In this document: piece after piece, positions 50,057 through 64,000 of the stretch
How positions within the stretch are numbered: the stretch's first letter is position 1
Layout of the letters: each line of letters opens with the position of its first letter
DNA from: Mobula hypostoma
Lineage: Eukaryota
Length of the DNA: 64,000 nucleotides
Direction of reading: 5' to 3'
Assembly: GCF_963921235.1 (NCBI RefSeq)
Contig: NC_086097.1
Coordinates: forward strand, 70,806,001-70,870,000
Notes under the pieces: model-generated
Told to the model about the DNA's origin: nothing
The model's input: the letters and a program-made list of their open reading frames with translations, nothing else
The model's database searches: none
Made by a program: the position numbers and the translations under genes

Positions 50057-51714
50057 TTCCAGCTTGAAGTTTCCCTTCAAAGGATTAAACACAAAATTCT
50101 AGGCAGACACTTAGTCCAAATTGGAGTGTTGCAATTAATGAAGTAGCATTTTAAAATTAAGATGTTTAAGTCATCTCTGTACTCTGGATAAAGATAAAAG
50201 AAGGGAAATAATTCCTCATCCCTTTGGCCCTATGCAGACCCCAGCTTATATTACCAAAATAGATTACCTGTTTATTATTACGGGGCTATTTATGAATGAT
50301 TTCTAATAAGTCATATTGACTCAGGTAAATTACGTTAATTTTCTATATTCTCATCTACATTCTCAGTTATAGTGTGGAAAGAGGCCACTTAACCCATAAT
50401 GTCTCTGCAGTGATAAAATTTGTTGGACTTCATTGCGCTTTCTTAAAGCTGTGTAATTGTTCTCCCATTTAAATGTTTATTGACTGCTCTTTCATTTTTG
50501 TAGGTTGCTATTGAATCTGCTTTCCCGATTCTTGTGCACAACAACCTAATGTCGTCTCTTCTCTGGGTTTTCTTGCCATTTACCTTAAATCTTTCTTTTC
50601 TGGTTGCCAAGCCTCCTGCCAGTGGAAATTGTTTCCAAGGAGCACATTGGTGGATGAGGAAAATAATTATCTATGTATGGAGGAAAACAACATAATTTCA
50701 AAGACTGCAGGTGGTGCAAAGCGTAGAAATGCTGTAAACAGTGAGGAAAATTGTTTTAGACTCAGGAGAGTAAGGACAGACTGGTGAAAAATAGCAGATG
50801 CACTTTTTGTAGAGTATTATGAAATTATGCTTCCTGAAAAGAGAAAGAAATGTGAGGAGGAGGCAATGGAAACCAAATGGTAGATCCTTAAAAGTGGTAC
50901 AAAAGTACTTTGATTGGAGGTTCTAAATGTGCAAATGCTTTGAAGCTTACAGAGCAAGTGGATAAATTAGTTAAGGAAGCATACAGGATCTTTGACTTAT
51001 AAAGATAATTGCAGAGTCCAAACAAGGATGTTATAGTCAACCATTAGAAATCATTGGTTGATCTCAGCTGGAGTACTGGGATCAATTTTTTGGCACCATA
51101 CTTTAAGATCTTGGTTTGGCTGAAATCTTATGAAATATGAGAATAGATTGGAGGTGCTATCAGCCAGCTCTTATGTTCTCAAGTCCACATCAGATAGCAA
51201 CATTAATTACTCAAATTAATTTTCCTCAGGGATGGTGCTGCCATTAATGTTTGAATGTATTGATATGAGTTTCACCAGTTCCAACTATTTTGAAAAATGA
51301 TTCGCACATTGTTGTTGATCTACCTTGGGAATTTTTGCAGATCTGAGCCATATTCTCTGTTTTGAGTTCCTGAAGCATCATAGTATTAAAAGAACTGTCA
51401 CAGTGAATGAAACTTAAACAAGAAATAAAAGTATCTGTTTAAAATATATATTGTTTTATTTAAGATTTTTAATGCCCTCCTCGCTACTTTTCTGAGGTAT
51501 TTTTCTTTGGTTAATGTTCTTCTTTAAAATGGTGGTATGTACTAATAAAGGGAGTCATAAAAATAATTTGTATGTCAATATGAATAGGAATGATGCAAGT
51601 GAAAACAAATTTAAAATTCCCCAATGCTTGTTACATTTTTAAGACATAATAAAGACATCTGATTTCTGCACAAACCCTTTTGTTATTTGAAACATATTCT
51701 GTTGGGTGAGGAAT

Positions 51715-52508
51715 TATGTAAATGCAATTATGAAGAAAGCATGACCTTGCCTCTACTTCCTTAGAAGTTTGTGTAGATTTGGCATGACATCTAAAACTTT
51801 GACAGACTTCTATGGATGTGTGGTGGAGATTATATTGACTGGCTGCATCACAGCCTGATCTGGAAACACCAATGCCTTGAATGGAAAACCCTACAAACAG
51901 TAGTGGATATGGCCCAGTCTATTACGAGTAAAGCCCTCCTCATCATTGAGCACATCTAAATGAGCGCTATCACAAAAAAACAGCATCCATCCTCAAGAGC
52001 CCTCACCGCCCAAGCCATGCTCTCTTCTCACTGCTGCCATCAGGAAGAAGGGATAGAGGTCTCAGGACCACACCAACAGTTTCAGGAACAGTTATTACCC
52101 CTCAACTATCAGGCTCTTGAACCAGAGAGGATAACTTCACTTAACTTCACTGCCCTATCACTGAATCGTTTCCACAACCGATGGACTCACTTTCAAGAAT
52201 GCTTCATCTCATTTTTGTGATATTTTTTGCTTGCTTGCTTGCTTATTTATTTATTTATTTATTTATCTATCTATCTATCTATCTATCTATTTGTTTGTTT
52301 GTCTGTCTGTCTGTCTATCTATCTATATATTCCTGTCTGGTTTGCCTTTGCACAGTTGATCTTCTGCATGTCAGTTTTTCTGGGTGTGGTCTTCCATTGA
52401 TTCTGCTGTGTTTCTCGGATTTACTGTGTATACCCTCTAGAAAAGAAATCTCGGGGTTGTATATGGTGACATATTTGTACTTTGATAATAAGTTTACTTT
52501 GAACTTCA
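51715..52508 (+). mobile_element. Rex1/Babar-type LINE 3' fragment with internal tetranucleotide microsatellites
   Basis: LYFLRSLCRFGMTSKTLTDFYGCVVEIILTGCITA, ending tttgataataagtttactttgaactt. Confidence 0.85.
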
Positions 52509-54534
52509 AATAAGCAATTTTGCTTTCAATCTATCTTTTGTTTATCATATGTATTAAAACCTACCATACTGACATCTAGTGACTGAAGTGGATTATACTG
52601 AACATCTTTGGCAATGAAAGACTCCTATGAAGTTAATGTATTGCTGCATTTAATATAAGATGTTACTTTCATATGGTAGCTGCAGTTTGCTAACAGAAGC
52701 CCTAATAATATTCTAACTTGTATATTTTTTCATTAATAAATAGTCCTCCCTTGGTCACACTAATCTGTCTGCTACCTTTGCGATTAAATCAGCATAGGAT
52801 TCCGTTATGGCTTAATTATGCATTAAGAAGTAGACGATTGGCATCATATTGTATTTATTTGCTCAGTTCCAGATGAATTAAATTTTACTTTAAAGTACTG
52901 CTTATAATAACTATAAACGTACTTATGTAGTGCCTAGCGTTTGGTTGGGAGAAGTTTGAAAACAGTTGAAATAAAATCACTTCTGCAGTTCATTGATAAA
53001 GTATGCTTAGTGATTTCATATGGAGTTTATTTGTTTGCTAACACCAACTCTTTTATTTGTAGAGTAGTAACCTAGAAATGCAAAAATGCAATTCAAATTA
53101 CAAATTTGTTTTGCTGTTTGTACATCTTGCAGAGGAAATTAGCTAATTTATTTTTTGTGCTACAATCTATTTGGGAATTAAAATCATTCATGTAAAATTA
53201 TTTAATTAATAATTCAACTTGCAAAAATTAATTAGGTAAGTGATTAGACTGTAAATTGTAGAATTGTGCAGATTCTTGGCGAAGTACTGAACCTATTATG
53301 CCTGCTGTGCATTAATCATGGTAATCCTTAATAAAAAAAAGCAGATGTCAAATGAACTGGTGTTTTTTATTATGTATATAAATCTAATGTAAGAATATAA
53401 GAGAAATAAATAACATTTTCCACTATTGGAAAAAAACATTAGAACTATTGTATAGTTCAAGTTTATATTAATATACTGTAATTTGAATATTATGTACATT
53501 AAATAACTTGCTTCCTTTATGTAACGTATAGCTCTGCAAATGAATCTGATGTTTTAGATGATCATATGATGGTCTTGTTTCAAGATAACTGCTGATGCCA
53601 TGTGGATCTGAATACATCACATTTCATGGCTGCTATTGTATTTGCTCAATCATTCAAAAAAAAACATAAAAACTCTTGTATTTTCCAGTATATCCACTTT
53701 CCATGCACATCAACACATCTGTTTTCAACAGTATTGACTGCTTTCATCAACAAAGAGCTTACTCCATTTACACTAAACATACAAGATAAAAGTCTTTATA
53801 AGTGCTGAGCATTTTCTTTGAGGTGTTATATTTTAACTGGCATACACATATAAACATTTGCTGTCTCCCCACATCATTAGGCAGATTCAAAAGAAGGGAA
53901 TATCAATCTGAAGAACAGAAAACTGTGTAAAACATATTGAGTACATTTTGTCTTTTATTTTCCATCACGCAGATAATAACGATTTTTATATGTCATGAAA
54001 CTACCAAAAATGTACATAATGGTAGGAGCACATAACAGTCAGCCCTGTCCAAATATCAAATCAAAATATCTCAATTATCAAAATCATATATAACAAATTA
54101 TATGGCTTTAGCTTACATATAACGGAGTTTTTGAATGCAAGAGCAGTTATAAGGTAAAGATATCTTCTGAGACAAATGATCTCATGCATTCATGGAACAC
54201 AGAAGGTGAATTATATTCACTATTTCAGTGTAAGAATGGGCTCCTACAGTGATGTTTCAAAGATGAAACATCTTGGCCATGAGCTGGAGGTGAGATAGGA
54301 TGAACAGATCAAAGGGGTGCATGCCAGAATTTCATTTGAGACAACAACTTGAAAGACTGATGCAGCAGGACTATCCATATGGTGGCTTTTTTTTGTTGAT
54401 ATTTAGCTTGATGATTTCATTTCACCCAGACTATAATGTGAAACATAGAAACATAAAACCACCTATGGTGAAGAGACATAATTGGGTTTCACTTGTATAC
54501 AAGTGGGAGATAACTTCATCCTTGCAGAGCTTGA

Positions 54535-54685
54535 TAGATACTTGATTGGTCAGAGTATGAAGGGATACAGGAAGAAGGTAGGAGATTGGGGCTGAGAGAT
54601 AAATTGGATCAGCCATGATGAAATGGCGGAGCAGACTCGATTGGCCAAATGGCCTAAATCTACACCTATATCTTATGGTCTTATA
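54535..54685 (+). mobile_element. CR1 3' end
   Basis: ggatcagccatgatgaaatggcggagcagactcgattggcc..tcttatggtcttat, the same terminus as 2802-2890. Confidence 0.8.
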
Positions 54686-57600
54686 TTATTGCTGAGGAAC
54701 AACATATAAATAATAAAAAAATGAGTCATAGAAGCACATAAGTAATTGAGGGGATTGTGGTATTGTAATGGCATAGGAGAATGAAACTACACAGTGCTGA
54801 TGTACTCAGTGGGGGAACATGAAGGAGAAGAGAGTGGGCAGGGGTGATTATATCAACAAAGTGACCAAGTCTTTACCACAGAATCCTCAGTGCTGTTGAA
54901 GAATGCTTAAAGAATAACAGAGGGGTCTTAATCGCTCTGCAAGTTTAAGTGTTGGAGAGAGCTTGTGGTCTGTTGTTGGGGACCAATTGGAAAGAGTGTG
55001 GTGTGAGGATGGCCGCTTTGAACATCTTGGGTAATCTTAAAAAGGAAAGTGAAACATGAATGATATCGAAAAGAATAGGGTCTAATTCAGAAGGTGCAGA
55101 TTCAGGAGCTAGGCAGGAGGCAGCTTGAAGGCCAGTGTTTCCATGTGGATAGCTGATGGCACCCACTCATTTTGTGAAGGTCACGGTTGTAGGAGAAGGA
55201 TTTGGTTTACGGTGGATACAAAGAGATTTGAGTTGTTCTTGATATCCTGGATTACATAGAGGGTTCAGCCCTTGAGAGGGCACAGTATGGTGTGACCAGT
55301 GAAAATCTGTTTGGTGAGACTCATGTGCATTCATTTCTATGATCCATGGATTTAATTCCCAAGATGACAGTTGTCAGGAAGCGCTGTGAAAGTCATGGAC
55401 TGTGGGATTTAGTGGCTATCAAATACAATGGGATACCATATCAGTAGAGTATATTGAATGGGAAGAAGCTTTGTCATCAGTATAGAACTGGAAAAGGTGG
55501 TATTAGTTGTAATGTTGTGATTTTATTCACTTTCTAGATTCAGAATCTCAGACCAGGCCAGCTGAACAATTCTCCCCATGAAGCTGCAATGCAATGAGCT
55601 GTTGAATGGTGCCTTTATATTTGATGAACTGTGCCTTCTTTTATGAAAATACACTTCATACCTACTGCCAATGCTCTTAATCCACCCATGGCTGGCATAA
55701 GTATATGACTCCATTTATGTGGAATAATAAGTTAAAGTGTGCAGAAGTGGTCTGTTTATTTTTCTTTATCTGATTATTAGAGGTGTTTAAAAATATTTCC
55801 GCTCTCCACTGACTGCGAGGTGCTGCTCTAGGGAGTGAGAACTTTAGTAGATGCTACCTGAAGTCTGTTGACAGCTTGAGCTGGCTCCATTTCATGGGAT
55901 CGCTCTTGAGGATTGAGTGTCAGCCCAACCCACCTCCTCTGTCTGAATCACACGTGTGCATGTGCTGGGTGGCAAGTCTGAGCAGCAGACCAGTTGGTTG
56001 TCAAATGAAGAACAATTAAGGAATAAATTCAAATAGAAATTACCAACTAATTACATGTGTTTCATTAATTGATTGTGAGCTTAATTGCAAAGTACTTGAA
56101 TATCAAAGTACTTTGCAGGTACCCTGTCTGTGCTACAAAGAGCTAACAGCACATTTCCAAATCTTAAGTAACTTCTAGTAACGCTGCAATACTGCAACAC
56201 TGTGACAATGGCAGTGTCCTCTTTTTCCAAGGTAAACTGCTACAATACCATTTCTTACAGTATTGGATACAGTTGGCTCTGGCTCCTGGTTGGTGTCAGC
56301 AAAAGCAGTTACAGTGAAACTGGTGTAGGAGTGTAGATGTTGAAGGAGCAACCTATTGCTGTTACAAAGCAAGCTTTTACTATATGTGATTACATTCTAA
56401 CAACAATCTTGTTGAACTTCAAATATTATTCTAAGTGGCCTATTGACTACCCTGTTTTATCAAATCACGAATAGCCTTGTTCATTTTGCACATTTGCAGA
56501 AAAGGTATTACACACTTTTGTTGGAACCATACCTTTTTTTCTGCATGTTACCGGTCAAGGCGTAATAAGTGCATGAAACATATTCTGTATAGATTTGAGG
56601 AATTCTACACTCTTTCCCTTTGCTGTGGGACAGATCACCAATGCAGCTACTGTCTTATGTTCATTCTGGCAGCCTGCATCTGTAACTTGTCAACTTGTAA
56701 TACTCATTGCAGTGACATATTCTGTATGCATTGCAACAGCAAATTGATCAATTGCTTTTTTCATCCCTGTTTGTTGTTCTTTCTAATTTATTCTTTCAAT
56801 GTGACTCTCCCACTCTTGTATTCACGTGGTGTTTTCACTTTGCTGATATCTTTTAAACTCACCTCCACAGCTCTTGTTACTCTCTGTGTGGGGAAGTTAG
56901 CCCCAACTCTGTTTAGAAGTATGTACCCCATTTAGCTTGCACTGTTCTTCTTGCTCCAGAACTGATCCCAGTACCTCAGGAATCTGAAGCCCACAGTCCT
57001 GGACCATTATTGTCTTCACTCCAGCCAGGTAACTCGACTTCCTTTCTATTTCTTTTCTCATCAGCACGTGACATTAAGTATCCACATCTTAACATCTTTT
57101 TGTTCCTGTTCTTTAATTTTTCTTTCCAGCTTCTGAAACTCTGCATGTTGATTTGCTGCTTCTCATTGGTGATAATCTGAAATATGGCTTCTGGTTGCTG
57201 CTGTTCCATGTGCTCAGTCTATTGCACCCACTCAGTCATGCTATTATGTCATAGATTTCTAACACTTGTATGTAAATGTGACCAAATTAATGTTGATCAA
57301 GATAAATATTTAAGGAAGAAAATTAGTTCAATAGAAGAAGGTTGAAATAAGATATCAAACTATATTGAACAAGTTACTGGTCATCAGTTATCCTCCAATG
57401 CTCTGCATTCCCATTCCTAGCAACCTTCATTAATTATGCCATTATTTCTATATACATTATTGCTGAAAATGAGAATTTCTGGTAGTTGTCTGTGAGTAGA
57501 GACAGCCGGCTATGAATCTGTCCACAGTGGCCATATATGTAATCCTGGTAGTTTGCTGATGTACTGGTGTTACGCAGTCTATACCTTAAAGTTGAAGTTG

Positions 57601-57860
57601 AACTTATTGTCATATGTACAAGTACATGTAGGCACAAGTGCAGTGAAAAACTTACTTGAAACAGCATCTCAGAAATGTAGCACCATAGATGTTAAAGAAA
57701 CTCCTTGAGATAATTTACTAATTGTTTCCTGGATATTGGCAACATATGACACTTTCATTCATTTCCTTTGGACTAGCCTATTATTGACCTTTGGGTGAAA
57801 ATGGCTGGCAGTATTTTCAGTTTCTGCTGGCTGTAGTCCCAAAGAGAACATAGTGTAGGA

Positions 57861-58212
57861 TTTGTTCGTTTGTTCATTATGTGCCGTGTCTATGACGTAG
57901 GCGATCATGGTCTTTCCATATCCATCATTGTTTTTGGCAAAATTTTCTACAGAATTGGTTTTCCATTGACTTCTTCTGGGCAATGTCTTTACAAGACAGA
58001 TGATCCCAGCCATTGTCAATAGTCTTCAGAGATTATCTGCCTGCACCAGCTGCTCATATGACCATCTACCACTTGCTCCCCTAGCTTCACATGACCCTGT
58101 TCAGGGGCTAAGCAGGTGCTACACCTTGTTCCGTGGTGACCTGCAGGCTAGCAGAGGGAAGGAGCGCCTTGCATGTCCTTTCGTAGAGACATATCTCCAC
58201 CCCGCCACCCAG
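57861..58212 (-). mobile_element. SINE-like retroposon with near-perfect 9 bp TSD
   Basis: Flanks are agtgtagga (57852-57860) and agtgtggga (58213-58221). A short (gaacaaac) tail lies on the minus strand. Confidence 0.55.
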
Positions 58213-60347
58213 AGTGTGGGAATACTAGCTTAACCAAGATGCAATCACACCTTTATGGTATTAAAGTGATTAATTTTAAATACATGGGGGATGGGTGAGA
58301 TACTGTAGCATGAGTGACCAGTTTTGACATTTGACCCTAACTACAATTGAACCTTACGAAGGAGGGGATGTTGTTTATGATGTAACACCAGTCATGCTCC
58401 ACTGGAGTACTAATGCTACTGTTCACACATTACTGTGCGAAGCAAATAGGGTTGCTCTGGTTAGGGATGGTAATGTGTGTCTGGGGAGGTGATACAACAC
58501 TACTTCAGCATTATATTATGATGATGTGCCAGAGCAGAGATGACCAGTATACCTAAAGCTCTGTCATGCCACACCCAGAACCTACCTTTCCCACCACTAA
58601 TTTTGAGAAGGAAAAGAATAAACACAAATGTCAGTGAACTAACAACATAACTGACTAAAACGTTGTTGTGGAATTTTTGTGTTATTATTGGCGAATCCAT
58701 TTAGAAAAAAATGAATTTTGAAAAAGTTACAGTCTTTTAATGTTACAAAGTAGAGCCCTCTGAGACAACACGTGTTTTTTTATCTAGTATCTTCCTTTCA
58801 AATGTCTGCATGCCATAATTCAAATAAAGTAGTCTACACTGAATACCTCCTTTCTTTTGCAAAATAAAGCATGTTACAAATCACTGTAAAATATTTAGAG
58901 TCATAGAAAAGTACAGCATGGATATAGGCCCTTCAGCCCTTCTAGTCTATGCCAAGCCATTTAAATTGCCTACTCCATTGATTTGCACCAGGACCATAGC
59001 CCTCTATTCCCCTACCATCCACGTACCTCGAGGAATATGATCAGAAGAACTAAATGCCAATCATCCTGCGAAATGGCTGGTCGAGGGTATTCTACACATT
59101 AGCCACTTCAACAATAAATGCACATAGCTATTGCTAAATATGTTAAATCAATTTCCTTTAATTATGAATTATATTAACCTTTACTTATCCCCGTGGCTGA
59201 AAGATGAAGATATTCTTTTGAAATCTGATCAAAGAACCTTTGACAGATAAACGTCAACATTTTGTTATGTTCACACGATTCATCATTTTTTTCCCTCAGC
59301 GGCTAAAGTATTTCACTTGGGAGATAGCATTTTAGGGGTCAAGTGTATGAGAGTATGTATGGCTCTAGAAGAAGATGCGATGTGTTGTTGGAGAATATTT
59401 TGCCTTTGCTTCTTTTTTCCTGTACAGAAAAAAGTTATCCAGCATCAATTTTAGTTGAAGCAAAAATACACCGACAGGATGGGGCAATAAGTAACCATAA
59501 ACCTGACTGTACTAACAGTTTTTATTTATGTATTCTAAATGTTAGCGGATCTTCTGTAGCATTGCACAATGATTAAGGTATGTGGATGAAATAGACTTAA
59601 TGGAATTAGACCAGGTTGTACAGACATATTAAGCCTCGATTTCAAAATTACATATCTCTTCTTGTTTCATACAATTTTGTTATTTATATTGTTATTTTAT
59701 TTGTAATAAAATGTAGCAGAATATTATCATGGAATGGTACTAAGGTTGATTAACTCAACTGATCTAATCGCAGTAATATTATGGTTTCTAGAATGAGTCA
59801 AAAGCTGGATGCTCTGTGGTGAATGGCTTACTTCCTGACCTCCCAAGTACTTTTCACCGTGTACAATCATGTGCAACCCACAAGTCAGAACTCAGGGAAA
59901 TACTCTTTAAGTGCCTGATGAATGCAGCTCTGAAAAGCTCAAGAAGTTTTTTCACCATTGAAGTCAAAGTAGCTGCTGTGTCCACCACCACTGCAAGTCA
60001 CTATCCTTTGTCCATTACCATGGAAATCACTCTGTATGCTTCACTCTGTCCTCTGTTAATCCACTTACTGTCTCTGAATAATCAGTATCAGAAGTCTTTT
60101 TCTGCCTATTTCAACAGAGGCAGTAACCCAAATGACTTATTTACTGATATCGCACATCAGTTTAACTAATTCCACTTGTGATTCAATAAAGGTGTTCGTT
60201 AAATTAGGAAAAAAACAAAATCCTATCATCCTTTGTGTTTTTGACACCAGTGGATATAGGAAATAGTTCTGAAGCCTTTGTGAAATAAACACCATCGATA
60301 AATTAATGTTTAATAAACAACTGCAGTTCTAATTGCATGATGTTTAA

Positions 60348-60662
<315 letters not shown>

Positions 60663-63600
60663 TGAATCAAACTCTTGTAGTGTGATATCAATCTTTAGCC
60701 TTTTTTCAAATAATTTGACTGGAGCTTCTACATTTTCACCCAAGGAATCAGCTTCCAACCCACCCAATCATGCCTCACCAAATGCAGGGTGAATTTATTT
60801 CTTACCAGAATCTGTGTGCAGTTTTATCTCACATCTTACAACTATTGTGAGATTTGCAAGGTGAAGATCCACCTATGGCATGATCCTTGTTTTGAAGCAT
60901 GAGCAAAAAGGTCTCCCCCAGCTTTGGCTTCCCTTTGTGAGGCTGAAAACTGGTCAGTATGCATTCCTTCTCCCATATACTATGCACTGGCCTGGTGGAA
61001 AAAAGTTCACTTGCCTGAAAGACTCTGACTCTGGTAAACTCTTATTTGAGAGGACTGTGTGAAGTGAGTAAGACCTCAGCCAGTGCATACCACACCTTTG
61101 AATGTCTGCTAAGCAGGGAACCAAGAAAATATGATTGAGATTGTATTATGTTCTTTTCCTCTGATTCATTTAACATCTTTACAGTTCCTACAGGCACAGA
61201 CATTTTGTTCCTTCAGGCAGCTTTTTATCTTTACAGAAAGAGTTCTATTGAAAATGCCACCTACAACTGACAATTCAGTCTTGGGTTTGATGTTTGAGAG
61301 CCTTTTCACATATTAGCAAATCTTCTGTGGTGGGCAAGTTGAAGAAAAAGATGAACACCATTGTCATTAAATGGCATTGAATTCTGGTACATTATTCTTT
61401 CAATACTATAAATGAGTTGCCTTGTATTTCTTCAGCTGTCTGTGTTGTATATCTGACTAAACCAGCTTCAATGCTATGAATAAGTGTGGCAAGATGGAAT
61501 GGAAGATGCCAAGTGCATGGTTACTTATTTAATATTCAGCATTAATGTCAAGAGCAGCAGGAATTAGCAACACTGAAGTTAATTTTAGGCTTTAGGCTTG
61601 TTATAGAACACAGGCCTTAATTATTGGCAGCATACATTGGGGTTCTGATACTTTTCGAAAGGGGTTAGAACAGAGGCTTTGCTTATCGGTTAATCTCTGG
61701 TATCTTGAGTGACTTAAGTGTGCTGCAGGGTGAAACAACTCTGGTTTGGCAGCTGTGGTATGTAACTTACAAAGTGTTGTCTGGCAAAAATCAAGTTATG
61801 AATGTTTGATTAGCTTTTAAGATTGACTCTTTATATCTGTATATCTCAGCTGATTCTCTTTTGTTTCCTCTGTGTATTTTTAGGGCATCAGTAAATTAAG
61901 AACCTCTATTTTGCATTTATCTAAAAAATAGAAGAACTAATTAAATAACATTTTGTCTTTCTGTTTTTATCAAAATTAAACTGATTTGTTTTCTGAAAAG
62001 ATTCCAAATAAAAAGAGGAAATAAATACACTTCAGAGTTTATTTTTCCCTCAAAGTTTAGAAAAATTGTGCGTATGAACTATGGAGTAATACAATCATGA
62101 GCTAATGTAATTGGTACATATGTTCATGTTTTGAAACTTCATATAATAAAATAGCTAAATAAATTTAAATTATAAATTACATAGTTCTGAAAATATTCTT
62201 TTGGCTTTTCTTAATTTTGAAGAACAACTAAATAGATTGTGTTACAAGATGAGGATGTAACTTCCAATAAAATATAAGTTAACATGAAAGCTACGAACTT
62301 TGTAGGAACTGATCTACAGGGCAGATACCCAGAATGCAGATCAACTTCAGAAAACTAAGCCACCTCATTTGGTAAGAATAGAAAATGTAAAGCAAATATC
62401 TTGGGAGATACTTAGGCCACCAAAGAAAATGCCGTTGAAGTTAGTACATGAGGAAAACAATTTTGCTGCTAAAATTTAATTATTGCTTTCAAATTTGTAC
62501 TTTGAAAGATAAATTTTTGAACTAAAACATTATTTTGAATGTTTCAATGTTTAGTTATTGAGAAAAATCTTTAAAAGACCATGTAAAAGCAGTAGACAAA
62601 AATAGTACCCCAAAACAAGTTACTTATTTTCTCAAAACATTATCTGGTTTGTATATTATTTATAAAATGAAGTGCTGCAGCATGTCTTGGACAATTGAGA
62701 TCATAGTTATAAAGAACACTTTCCCTTTGTTATTTGCACCCTGGAACACTGACTGACAAAACCAGAAGAACATAAGATACACAAGTAGAAATTGGCTATT
62801 CAGTCCATCATGTCTGCTCTCCTCACAGCTGATTTTATTTTCTCTTTCAAACCCGTTTCAAATCGGAATCGAGAATCAAACCAGAGAAACAGGATGCCAT
62901 AAATCTGGAATGATTGCAGTCATGGCATTTCTGATTGGCATGCACAAATAGCATTATCAGACTTTCTGACTTCTTAAGCGTATGTTATTAAGCATTTTAA
63001 ACAGTTGCAGAGTGGTGAGAATCTAGCAACACACACAGAATGCTGGAATCAAGTTTGTAGCAGCATGGTATTACTGTGAGAGCATGGAATGAGCTGATAG
63101 AGGGAAGCTGGATTGTAACTTGAGAGGAATAATCAAGTCCGCTTCTGAATATCACAAACTTAATGCAATAGTGACAGGAAGGAATAAAAACCTAGTTTCT
63201 GTAAAATGAATTTAAACTTTAATCTAATGTATAAATTTTGAGGAACAATGGTAATTTCAGATTTTAAAGATTATATTTTAGCTATAAACTAAATCAGGGT
63301 TCTCAGTTACTTTTATAAGTGCAACATTTTGAATTAGAAATTTATTTTAGACTTCTGCTAATTGCCTTAAAGTAATCTGATATTTACATGTTCTAATGAA
63401 ACTGAGATAACTGTTATGTAATATAATGTCTTGTCCACGTACAATTGCTTTACGTGTTATCCTTGCTCACCTATTTCATGCTTTTATCAAAATAATACCA
63501 GTATGTCAGCATGTAGCATAGAACATCCAATGTAAATATTTATAAAACTAAAAGCCTTCATCAACATTTTATCACATTATTAATGAATCATTGATTTGCT

Positions 63601-64000
63601 CAGTAATTTTTGCAAACTTTTCTGCCATCTTTCCTCAATAATTGGTGTGTAATGTACAAAAATGTTAAGCAGAATAACACTATCAACAATGACATAATTC
63701 ACAATGCAGTGATTACATTTATCCATTGAAGTGTCATCCATGTCTTTGAACACTTTTGTTAAAAAAAATTACACAAAGGCCTCAGCCTTTTCCAAAAGCA
63801 TAGGGTTAGACTTCAATTTTTGTCATGCTGTGACTATTGATTAAAATTATATTCTGCTGTTTAAGCATGAACAGTATGTACAATTTTCTGGGATAACATC
63901 TAATTAGCTCCAATGGGTACAATGCCACCATTCAGTCTCTACTAATCATATGTGATGGGTTTTCAAAATTATTTTTTGAAAATAGATGACAGGTTTTAAA

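Noticed and set aside
56477..57209. Cys-rich 152-aa ORF and the opposite 77-aa ORF as a novel gene
   Set aside because: The minus strand reads GFRFLRYWDQFW, typical of the end of CR1 ORF1, so this is an old LINE remnant with no splice or domain support.

Overview
This is a eukaryotic, AT-rich, repeat-dense window. It covers part of a + strand protein kinase D1 gene (PRKD1): two coding exons at 13875-14013 and 60367-60498, separated by a ~46 kb intron. The repeat content (HE1/V-SINE-like SINEs, CR1/HER1-like LINEs, Rex1/Babar tails, Penelope-like elements) suggests a cartilaginous fish, probably a ray; this is inference. Almost all ORFs in the supplied track are spurious or are transposon fragments. 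Most notable observations: (1) Penelope-derived termini carrying minimal hammerhead ribozymes, plus tiny fold-back derivatives with 14-15 bp TSDs; (2) a sushi/Tf1-type chromovirus derivative with both LTRs, a TSD, a PPT and a self-priming PBS; (3) a ~640 bp non-coding retroelement family whose 5' end resembles the human L1 YY1 start; (4) a 121 bp local genomic segment copied into a retroposon junction; (5) two multi-layer nested insertions. All identifications come from reading the sequence by eye, and no database searches were run.
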